60,788 nt of DNA from an uncultured Bacteroidales bacterium (GTDB taxonomy: Bacteria; Bacteroidota; Bacteroidia; Bacteroidales; Bacteroidaceae): positions 1 through 60,788 of the forward strand of contig CACXEH010000036.1 in assembly GCA_902766625.1 (NCBI GenBank), written 5' to 3'. This document shows, piece by piece, positions 18,056-26,121 of the stretch (the stretch's first letter is position 1; the number at the start of each line of letters is the position of its first letter). The notes below the pieces were generated by a model. That model did no database searches, was not told the origin of the DNA, and saw only the letters and a list, made by a program, of their open reading frames with translations. Position numbers and translations under genes: made by a program.

Positions 18056-19090
18056 ATGAAAACTTCACGCAGAGACTTTCTGAAAAAAAGCTTAGCAACA
18101 TCGCTATTTCTGGCTACAGAACACATCGGTCCAGAGCAAGCTTTTGCGCACAAGCAAACAGCACAAAGCATAGAGAAAGGAGTGGGCTATACCACCATCA
18201 ACAGTATCAACGACAATAAAGTGGAAATTTATTCCCAGGACATCACCCGAACTATAAAGTTATTTCTTATTGCCGACACGCACCTATGGATGAGCGACAG
18301 CAGGGAGGACCCGTATCGCCAGTACAGTGCGCGCATGGCAAAAGCCTATAATAAAACAAAGCATTTCCAGACTCTTGCTTCAACCAATCCCAAAGAACAG
18401 TTTGAAAAGACATTGGAGAAAGTCAAGGAAAGCCGCCCTGACGGATTGTTTCTATTAGGGGACATTTTCAGCTATCCCTCCGAGGCAGCCATCGAATGGG
18501 CTAAGACACAACTTGATCAGACGGGTATAAACTATTATTATATCAGCGGCAATCACGACTGGCACTATGAAGGCCTGCCAAATTCAGAAATAGAATTAAG
18601 GGCAGAGTGGACGCACAAGCGGTTACTGCCACTCTACCGTGGGCAAAATCCGCTGATTTATGATGTTGACATAAGCGGACTGCACATTGTCATGCTTGAT
18701 AACTCCACTTATGAAATATTACCCGAGCAACTTGAGTTCTTCCGGAAAATACTTCGTAAAAACAAACCTACATTACTGATGTCACACTGTCCTTTTTATG
18801 CCCCCGGGTTTCCCGTTTCATATGGATGCGGCCATCCCGAATGGAATGCGGCATCAGACAAGATCTACAAAATTGAACGCCGGCAGCAATGGCCCGTCGA
18901 AGGCCATAAACCAGAAACCTATGCCTTCTGGAATGAAGTTGCTAACGGGTGCCAAAAGCATCACTTGCTGGCAACTTTTTCAGGACATGTGCACAGGCAG
19001 ACTACCAGTATCGTGAATAAATGGACACAGTTCACTATCAAGCCAAACTACTCAGGCGCTTACTTGGAAATCACTTTAAAACCTTTTTAA
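18056..19090 (+). CDS. Calcineurin-like metallophosphoesterase with a twin-arginine (Tat) signal
   Basis: MKTSRRDFLKKSLATSLFLAT is a Tat signal. Metallophosphoesterase motifs are present: IADTH, GDIF, GNHDW, ...GHVH. Confidence 0.75.
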   Translation: MKTSRRDFLKKSLATSLFLATEHIGPEQAFAHKQTAQSIEKGVGYTTINSINDNKVEIYSQDITRTIKLFLIADTHLWMSDSREDPYRQYSARMAKAYNKTKHFQTLASTNPKEQFEKTLEKVKESRPDGLFLLGDIFSYPSEAAIEWAKTQLDQTGINYYYISGNHDWHYEGLPNSEIELRAEWTHKRLLPLYRGQNPLIYDVDISGLHIVMLDNSTYEILPEQLEFFRKILRKNKPTLLMSHCPFYAPGFPVSYGCGHPEWNAASDKIYKIERRQQWPVEGHKPETYAFWNEVANGCQKHHLLATFSGHVHRQTTSIVNKWTQFTIKPNYSGAYLEITLKPF

Positions 19091-19103
19091 AATATGACCG
19101 AAA

Positions 19104-20465
19104 ATGATTGATTTTATTTTACTAAAACTGAGATACAACAACACACGACACATTCTCCTGGCTTTCCTATTATCGTTTGCGATGTCACCTGTCATCACGC
19201 AGTCAATGCCATATTGTACTAAACACGCCCGCATGGACCGTAGTCGCATCAATATTGGTGTTTATCATCTGCAACCCTATGCCACAGACGAGCCGCATAT
19301 CCGCGACCTCAAAGACTGCGGTATTGATTTTGTCCTATGCATGCGTGATGAACGTCCTGCTCTTGACTTACTTTATAAATATGGTGTCGGAGCTATCCTC
19401 TATGACGTATTGCCTCAATGGTGGCCCAAACAGAAGAAAAACGGACAGATGAAAAACATTTATCCGATGGAAATGTATATCAAAGCTGCAAAAAAATGGA
19501 AAGACCATCCTGCCGTATGGGCCATGGATCTTGGCGATGAACCTTCCGCCCTTGATTTCGCACACTGCGCAGACGTTATGCGTAAAATGGAGGAACAACT
19601 GGCCAACCAGTTCATATACCTTTGCCTCTATCCCAATTACGCCTCAGTCACAGAAAACACCACCAACCAGGCCCTCAGTCAGTTGGGCACCAGTACCTAT
19701 GCAGAGCATATAAAAGAATATTGCAGACTTATTCCAGCAGATTATCTCTGTTATGACTATTATGTCTATTCCTCTAAAACCAATGCTAACAAGGTGCCTA
19801 AATATTTTGAAAATCTGCAAGTCACTGCCGATGCTTGTACTGCAACTAACCGAAGCCTGTGGATTACTCTGCAAGTCAACTCCAAACTGCCTGAACTGTG
19901 GATAAGCCTCAATCAACTGCGTTATCAGGCCTACACCTCCATGGCCTTCGGTGCAGAAAATATTATATGGGCATGCTACACAGGAGGATGGTGGACCAAT
20001 CAGGTAATAGACTCTGCTGGCAACAAGACAGAGCAGTACCCCAAACTTCAGCAAGTCAATAAAGAGATACACGCTTTGAGTCCGGTCTATATGAAATATC
20101 GCCGCGCCAGCACCTCCTTTGTCGGTTTTGACAATACGCCATGGCTCAAAGGTTCCGGCATCCCATCTGCAGCAGAACACAACGACGGCGTATTTGCCCA
20201 TTTGCATGCCACCGACCACTCTCCGCTCGTCATCGGAAGTATGCTATCACGCAATGCCGATGGCACCCACGCTGTATTTATCTGCTCGGCAGACGACCCA
20301 AACGACAAGGCTCCATGTAAACACACACTTCACTTTACTGTAGCTCCCGGTAAAAGACTCAAAGCACATAGCGGAGAAGGAGAAGTACCCGTACGTCAAA
20401 TCGACACAGACACCTACAGCATCACTATTCAGTCTTGTCAAGGCATCCTCATCGAGGCAATTTAG
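19104..20465 (+). CDS. Hypothetical protein, possibly a TIM-barrel glycoside-hydrolase-like enzyme
   Basis: 453 aa. Segments such as GIDFVLCM..., WKDHPAVWAMDLGDEPS and YLCLYPNY resemble GH42/GH5-like barrels. I cannot assign a family from memory. Confidence 0.5.
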   Translation: MIDFILLKLRYNNTRHILLAFLLSFAMSPVITQSMPYCTKHARMDRSRINIGVYHLQPYATDEPHIRDLKDCGIDFVLCMRDERPALDLLYKYGVGAILYDVLPQWWPKQKKNGQMKNIYPMEMYIKAAKKWKDHPAVWAMDLGDEPSALDFAHCADVMRKMEEQLANQFIYLCLYPNYASVTENTTNQALSQLGTSTYAEHIKEYCRLIPADYLCYDYYVYSSKTNANKVPKYFENLQVTADACTATNRSLWITLQVNSKLPELWISLNQLRYQAYTSMAFGAENIIWACYTGGWWTNQVIDSAGNKTEQYPKLQQVNKEIHALSPVYMKYRRASTSFVGFDNTPWLKGSGIPSAAEHNDGVFAHLHATDHSPLVIGSMLSRNADGTHAVFICSADDPNDKAPCKHTLHFTVAPGKRLKAHSGEGEVPVRQIDTDTYSITIQSCQGILIEAI

Positions 20466-20559
20466 AATAACTGATTTCATCAGCTGTGACTTCACGGTTC
20501 GCCTGCGAGTACATCATTACGACATAAGAGTTAAGCTCATCAGAGCACATTACCGGCCA

Positions 20560-20612
20560 GCCGGATGAATTGATCATATCTGTCAATCAGATTGAAATCA
20601 CATTCATCCGGC
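20560..20612 (+). other. Long-loop hairpin downstream of the 19104-20465 gene
   Basis: gccggatgaat (20560-20570) pairs perfectly with attcatccggc (20602-20612) across a 31-nt loop, followed by cttttcctt. It could be a terminator or a small structured RNA. Confidence 0.3.
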
Positions 20613-20720
20613 CTTTTCCTTTAAGCATACTATATATTATATTACACGAAGAAAGGAGCCTTCTCTGCCTGCGGGATTTTTTATGTCATTGTCCCTGTTC
20701 TGCCCTGAAGTCTCTGTCGA

Positions 20721-20846
20721 TATATTCTCCATTCCATAGGATGGAACGGAGGTTCTGCCGCATGGAATATAAGTTCCATCGGGTGGAACGTAGATTCCAG
20801 CCTTTGGAATTGAAAACTTGTCGGGTTGAAGTGATACTTTACTCCT
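20721..20846 (+). repeat. 21-bp tandem mini-palindrome array, locus B (about 6 units)
   Basis: Units: tatattctccattccatagga / tggaacggaggttctgccgca / tggaatataagttccatcggg / tggaacgtagattccagcctt / tggaattgaaaacttgtcggg / ttgaagtgatactttactcct. The register is an exact 21 bp. Confidence 0.85.
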
Positions 20847-20910
20847 GAAAAATCAAAAATATAATCATCATTAAATGCTTCCAACGGACTGTAAAAACGC
20901 GGAAATATTG

Positions 20911-20918
20911 TAATTTTG
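20911..20918 (+). promoter_or_regulatory. Candidate -7 box (TAATTTTG) for the GDPD gene at 21002
   Basis: Matches TAnnTTTG. The roughly 80-nt leader contains a small hairpin (aagtct aaattc agactt). Confidence 0.4.
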
Positions 20919-21001
20919 AAGTTGATTTGTCACAGGCAAGTCTAAATTCAGACTTCGGACAATATCACTAATTTAAATTAAACCATTCAATCACAACAAT
21001 T

Positions 21002-21817
21002 ATGAAACAATTTTTCATTTTACTTACTTTTATTATGGGTGTCGGCGCATACGCCCAGAATTTTCACAAAAATCCGTGTATCGCCCATCGTGGCGCATGG
21101 AAAAATACTGGCGTCCCTGAAAACACGATGGCATCGTTCCAGAAAGCAGCTGAAATGGGCTGCCATGGCAGTGAATTTGACGTATGGTTTACTGCGGAAG
21201 ACTCTCTCATTGTCTATCATGACGCTCGCCGTAACGGCAAACTCATAGAGGAAACGCCATTTGCGGAATTACGTGCACAACATTTGGCAGATGGCACCAA
21301 AATACCCACTTTGGGAGAATTTCTTGATTATGTCAGCCAATTCAAACGCACCAAAATGATTATTGACGTGAAAACATTCGTCAAAGACAAGCCCCGCACT
21401 GTCCAACTGGCTAAAGCTATCCACAAGATGGTCCGTGACCGCTGTTTGCAAAAACGTGTTGAATATCTGTTCGGCTATCTGCCTGCAATAGAAGCTTTAT
21501 CGCCCATCACAGATATTCCCATGGCTTATCTCGGCTCATATAAAAAAGATTTGCCCGAATGCAGCCCTGAAAGCGTAAGACAAAAAGGGCTGAAATGTTT
21601 GGATTATCAAGACCAACAGTATAAAAAACATCCCGAGTGGCTGCCGGAATTTAAGAAAATGGGAGTACACTTAAATGTCTGGACAGTAAACGATGATGCA
21701 GAAATTGACAATTTCCTTAGTCAGGGATTCAACTATATCACAACAAACGAACCTGAAAAAGTTTTGAAAATCTATAAGGATAACAAGAAACGCTATAAAC
21801 GTGCACTCAAAAATTAG
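21002..21817 (+). CDS. Glycerophosphodiester phosphodiesterase family protein (secreted), third paralogue in the window
   Basis: 271 aa with a signal peptide. GDPD motifs: CIAHRGAW...ENTMASF...GSEFDVWFTAEDSLIVYHD...IIDVK. Confidence 0.85.
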   Translation: MKQFFILLTFIMGVGAYAQNFHKNPCIAHRGAWKNTGVPENTMASFQKAAEMGCHGSEFDVWFTAEDSLIVYHDARRNGKLIEETPFAELRAQHLADGTKIPTLGEFLDYVSQFKRTKMIIDVKTFVKDKPRTVQLAKAIHKMVRDRCLQKRVEYLFGYLPAIEALSPITDIPMAYLGSYKKDLPECSPESVRQKGLKCLDYQDQQYKKHPEWLPEFKKMGVHLNVWTVNDDAEIDNFLSQGFNYITTNEPEKVLKIYKDNKKRYKRALKN

Positions 21818-21915
21818 TTTATAAACCGCAACTATAGTTTTAGAACTCCACTTTGGCATCTAACCCGAAATGGAGCGATTATGATGTAAAAAATTGCATA
21901 ACCAGGCAAGACCCC

Positions 21916-24900
21916 ATGATTAGCATAGGCCTCGATATCGGCTCAACAACCATTAAGGCAATAGCACTTGATGAAAAGCATAACATAGTTTTTGCGAAAT
22001 ACGAGCGACACAACGCTCAAATTCGTGAAAAAATACTGTTATTCTTAGAAAACATACAAGAATGCCATCATCCAGACTATGTGAAACTTACAATTACAGG
22101 CTCTATCGGAATGGGATTTGCCGAAAATTACGGATACCCCTTTATACAAGAAGTAGTCGCTGCCACAAAATATGTCGCGGGACGACATCCCGAGGTGAAG
22201 ACCATGATAGACATCGGTGGAGAAGACGCAAAAGTCGTTTTTTTCAGAGAGAACGAAGCTACTGACCTACGAATGAATGGCAATTGCGCCGGTGGAACCG
22301 GATCTTTTATAGATCAGATGGCAATACTGCTTGGTATAAGCAACAATGAACTAAACGACTTAGCATTACAAGCAAAAAGAATTTACCCTATTGCATCACG
22401 ATGTGGTGTCTTCTGCAAGACTGACATACAAAACCTAATTGCAAAAAACATCGATTCTACCGATATCTCCGCCTCAATCTTCCATGCTGTAGCAGTACAA
22501 ACAGTAATGACTCTCAGTCATGGATGCGAGATAACTCCTCCCATTATGTTCTGTGGAGGTCCACTGACTTTCCTTCCAGCCTTGCGAAATGCATTCAAAA
22601 CATATTTACAAATAAACGACGACGATATCGTTCTGACAGAGAATAGTCACTTGATTCCAGCTTGGGGAGCAGCCCTATATGGACTTCAAACAAAAGAACC
22701 GCCTGCAGAGCTACATAATGTCATAACGATATTCAAGACAGAAAACCACTTCAAATATACTGGAGCAAAAAATTTACAACCTTTATTCAACAGCAAAGAA
22801 CAACTGGAATCCTGGAAAGAGGACAAACAGATTCATAAAGTCAAAACTGCCGAATTCATCGAAGGAAGGCAAGAAGTATTCTTAGGCATTGACTCCGGCA
22901 GCACAACGACAAAAATCATCGTTATAACCGAAAAAAAAGAAGTACTGTTTAATTATTACCGGTCCAACAATGGCAATCCCATCAACACCGTAAGAGAAGG
23001 ACTAAAGGAACTGCAGCAAAAGTGCTTGAAACATCACACACAACTCGTCATTAAAGGAAGCTGCTCCACAGGTTATGGCGAAGAACTTATCAAGACTGCC
23101 TTCCATTTAGGAGACGGAGTTATTGAGACCATCGCACACTTCTTAGCAGCTAAAACAATCGTCAAAGACGTCAGTTTCATTTTAGACATTGGCGGACAAG
23201 ACATGAAAGCCATTTTCGTTAATAACGGTGTAATCAACCATATTGAAATCAATGAGGCATGTTCATCTGGCTGTGGTACATTTATAGAAACTTTTGCAAA
23301 AAATCTCGGTTTCACCAACGAAAAATTTGCAGAAGAAGCATGTACCGCTATACACCCATGCGATTTAGGAACTCGGTGCACTGTTTTCATGAACAGCAAA
23401 GTCAAGCAAGTTCTACGAGAAGGTGCCAGTGTCGGCGACATAGCTTCGGGGCTATCGTATTCTGTTATCAATAACTGTCTTTATAAAGTTCTAAAGATAA
23501 AAAACTACGATGAACTCGGAGAAAATATTGTAGTTCAAGGTGGGACAATGCATAATGACGCCGTATGTCGCGCATTGGAAATACTCACACAGAAAACAGT
23601 CTACCGAAGTGATTGCCCTGAACTCATGGGAGCATATGGTGCTGCATTATACGCCATTGCGCATAGCCACACGAAATTGACGTTGAAAGATGTTCTGGAA
23701 AACGCACAATATCAGACACGTGTCATCCAATGTAAGGGATGCGAAAACCAATGTTTGGTCAATAAATATACCTTCCCACATAATCAGATTTATTATTCCG
23801 GAAACAAATGTGAGAAAGTATTCAATAACAAGGGGAAAACTCATAACGTAGGGGTAAATCTCTGTGAAGAGAAAAACAAACTGTTATTTGGACGCTCGTA
23901 TGAAGCCAATCTCAATGCCACGCTAAGGATAGGCATTCCACGAGTACTGAACATGTACGAAGAATATCCTTTTTGGCATACACTTTTTTCCCACTGTGGT
24001 ATACAAGTTATCCTTAGCGATGCCTCCAATTACCAACTATACGAAAAAGGAGTTAAATATGTGATGTCTGATAATATCTGTTTCCCGGCAAAACTTTGTC
24101 ACAGCCACATCTTAAATCTTATAGACAAAAAAGTTGACCGAATATTCTTTCCATATGTAATTTTTGAGAAGAAGGATGTAGGGCAAAATTCTTATAATTG
24201 CCCGATTGTATCGGGATATTCGGATGTCCTGCGCAACTCCATGAACATAACAATACCATTGGACGCTCCAGCCATCACTTTCAAAGACAATCATGCCCTT
24301 TTGAAGGAATGCATTGGTTATCTATCCTCAATAGAAATAAACGAAAAAATTGCTGTCGCAGCATTCTATAAAGCGTTGGATGCTCAAAAAGAGTTTGAAG
24401 ACAACATTGCCCAAATCAACAGGCAAGTATTTGAGAAAAACAATCAAAAAGGGAAACTCGTCATTTTGCTTGCAGGACGTCCATATCATACAGACCCGCT
24501 CATCCAGCATAAAATAGCTGATATGATTAGTGCCTTGGGAGTTGACGTAATCACCGAAGACATCGTCAGAAATGAGGCTATTGACATCTCCGACTTGCAT
24601 TTCGTATCACAATGGTCTTATCCCGAGCACATACTTAAAGCTGCAAAATGGGCCGCCCAACAAGGACGACATGTGCAATTTGTGGAATTGACATCTTTTG
24701 GATGCGGTCCTGACGCCTTTATGCTGGACGAGATACATGCCCTGTTAAAAAGGCATAACAAAGCTCTCACACAACTGAAAGTTGATGACGTGTGCAATAT
24801 CGGCTCATTAAACTTGCGCGTACGATCTGTTGTAGATAGTCTCAGATTGCACTTCAGTCAAAAAGAGGATGGCAAAGCACAACCCTTTGTAACAACACAA

Positions 24901-26121
24901 ATATATAGTAGTAAGGAATACCAAAAAAGAAAAAAGATTTTAGTTCCCTACTTCACGCCCTTCATTTCACCGCTAATACCAGCGTTTATGAAGCTCTCTG
25001 GGTACGACTTTGATGTATTACCGATGAGTAATAAGGATTCGGGAGACATAGGGCTGAAATATGCCAACAACGAGATTTGTTATCCTGCCACATTGATTAT
25101 TGGAGACCTCATTAAAGCCCTTACCTCTGGATGCTATGACCCTGAGACTACAGCTGTTGCTATTACACAAACAGGCGGACAATGTCGTGCGACAAACTAT
25201 ATTTCATTAATAAAAAAAGCCTTGGTTGATGCCGGATTTAAGAACGTACCTGTCATTTCTTTATCTTTCAGCAATTACTGCGATCAGCCTGGCTTCCAAT
25301 TCAAATGGAAAAAAATAATTAATATCGCCATATCCTCTATTTTGTTCTCAGACGCTCTGGCAAAAATGTATTATGCTGCCCTGCCGAGAGAGAAAGAGCG
25401 TGGACTGGCGACACAAATTAAAAACCATTATTTAGACCTTGCTAAAACATATATTGAAAAAAATCAAAACAAGGCTCTTAGCCGTTGTCTCAAGGATGCT
25501 GCAAAGGATTTTGATGCTATATGTATAGATAAAAACACAAAGAAAGTAGGCATCGTGGGCGAAATTTTCTTGAAATTCCACTTCTATGCTCAGCGAAACA
25601 TTACAGAATGGCTCATTGAAAAAAACATCGAAATAGAGCCTCCGCTGCTCACACCATTCTTTCTACAGGCTTTTGTCAACATTGATATCAACCACGCCTC
25701 CCTCGTAGAACGCGCATCCATACCCCAATGGCTAAGACGCAGCATATATGGTTTAATTAAACACCGCATACAAAAATATGACAGCTATTGCTCTGCTTTC
25801 AGATATTATACACCATTTGCAGATATCTATGACATCGCTAAGGAAAGCACAGGTATCGTTTCACTCAATGCGCAATTCGGAGAAGGCTGGTTGCTTCCGG
25901 GAGAAGTTTCCATAATGGCGAAACATGGTATAAACCATGTTATCAGTTTACAGCCCTTCGGGTGTATTGCCAATCACATTATCTCAAAAGGAATAGAGAA
26001 AAAACTAAGGGATTGTTATCCGTCTCTGAAGTTTCTCACACTGGACTTCGACAGCGGTGTCAGTGATGTTAACATCGTAAACCGGATGCTCTTGTTCGCA
26101 AACGACTTACTTATTTCATGA
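21916..26121 (+). CDS. Fused acyl-CoA dehydratase/reductase activase-like protein: two BcrAD/BadFG (HgdC-like) ATPase domains plus DUF2229-type C-terminal domains
   Basis: Two actin-fold ATPase starts are present (ISIGLDIGSTTIKAIAL and FLGIDSGSTTTKIIVI), each followed by NxxCAAGTG/SSGCGTF-type cluster-bridging Cys regions. The C-terminal half has LTSFGCGPDA and LQPFGCIANH motifs. I prefer the ATG at 21916 to the TTG at 21853. Confidence 0.85.
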   Translation: MISIGLDIGSTTIKAIALDEKHNIVFAKYERHNAQIREKILLFLENIQECHHPDYVKLTITGSIGMGFAENYGYPFIQEVVAATKYVAGRHPEVKTMIDIGGEDAKVVFFRENEATDLRMNGNCAGGTGSFIDQMAILLGISNNELNDLALQAKRIYPIASRCGVFCKTDIQNLIAKNIDSTDISASIFHAVAVQTVMTLSHGCEITPPIMFCGGPLTFLPALRNAFKTYLQINDDDIVLTENSHLIPAWGAALYGLQTKEPPAELHNVITIFKTENHFKYTGAKNLQPLFNSKEQLESWKEDKQIHKVKTAEFIEGRQEVFLGIDSGSTTTKIIVITEKKEVLFNYYRSNNGNPINTVREGLKELQQKCLKHHTQLVIKGSCSTGYGEELIKTAFHLGDGVIETIAHFLAAKTIVKDVSFILDIGGQDMKAIFVNNGVINHIEINEACSSGCGTFIETFAKNLGFTNEKFAEEACTAIHPCDLGTRCTVFMNSKVKQVLREGASVGDIASGLSYSVINNCLYKVLKIKNYDELGENIVVQGGTMHNDAVCRALEILTQKTVYRSDCPELMGAYGAALYAIAHSHTKLTLKDVLENAQYQTRVIQCKGCENQCLVNKYTFPHNQIYYSGNKCEKVFNNKGKTHNVGVNLCEEKNKLLFGRSYEANLNATLRIGIPRVLNMYEEYPFWHTLFSHCGIQVILSDASNYQLYEKGVKYVMSDNICFPAKLCHSHILNLIDKKVDRIFFPYVIFEKKDVGQNSYNCPIVSGYSDVLRNSMNITIPLDAPAITFKDNHALLKECIGYLSSIEINEKIAVAAFYKALDAQKEFEDNIAQINRQVFEKNNQKGKLVILLAGRPYHTDPLIQHKIADMISALGVDVITEDIVRNEAIDISDLHFVSQWSYPEHILKAAKWAAQQGRHVQFVELTSFGCGPDAFMLDEIHALLKRHNKALTQLKVDDVCNIGSLNLRVRSVVDSLRLHFSQKEDGKAQPFVTTQIYSSKEYQKRKKILVPYFTPFISPLIPAFMKLSGYDFDVLPMSNKDSGDIGLKYANNEICYPATLIIGDLIKALTSGCYDPETTAVAITQTGGQCRATNYISLIKKALVDAGFKNVPVISLSFSNYCDQPGFQFKWKKIINIAISSILFSDALAKMYYAALPREKERGLATQIKNHYLDLAKTYIEKNQNKALSRCLKDAAKDFDAICIDKNTKKVGIVGEIFLKFHFYAQRNITEWLIEKNIEIEPPLLTPFFLQAFVNIDINHASLVERASIPQWLRRSIYGLIKHRIQKYDSYCSAFRYYTPFADIYDIAKESTGIVSLNAQFGEGWLLPGEVSIMAKHGINHVISLQPFGCIANHIISKGIEKKLRDCYPSLKFLTLDFDSGVSDVNIVNRMLLFANDLLIS

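Noticed and set aside
20570-20884. The ORFs across the 21-bp array (92 aa on the plus strand, 67 aa on the minus strand) translate into heptad-like peptide repeats (FHRMERR FCRMEYK FHRVERR FQPLELK). A similar YVPxxxI repeat appears in the 37161-37349 minus-strand ORF.
   Set aside because: A 21-bp DNA repeat gives a 7-aa periodicity in any frame. The plus-strand ORF needs a TTG start. Locus A has no open frame at all. The frames and strands differ between loci. The signal is therefore best explained at the DNA or RNA level. I cannot fully exclude small proteins without conservation or Ribo-seq data.
21853-21915. Several ORF-track entries have N-terminal extensions: TTG at 21853, GTG at 45123, TTG at 12269, TTG at 4310, and extended starts at 33669, 17433, 18005, 28432, 37412 and 15544.
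   Set aside because: In each case a downstream ATG gives a canonical N-terminus, such as a signal peptide, a Tat motif or a conserved start. In several cases a TAnnTTTG box or a terminator lies inside the extension.
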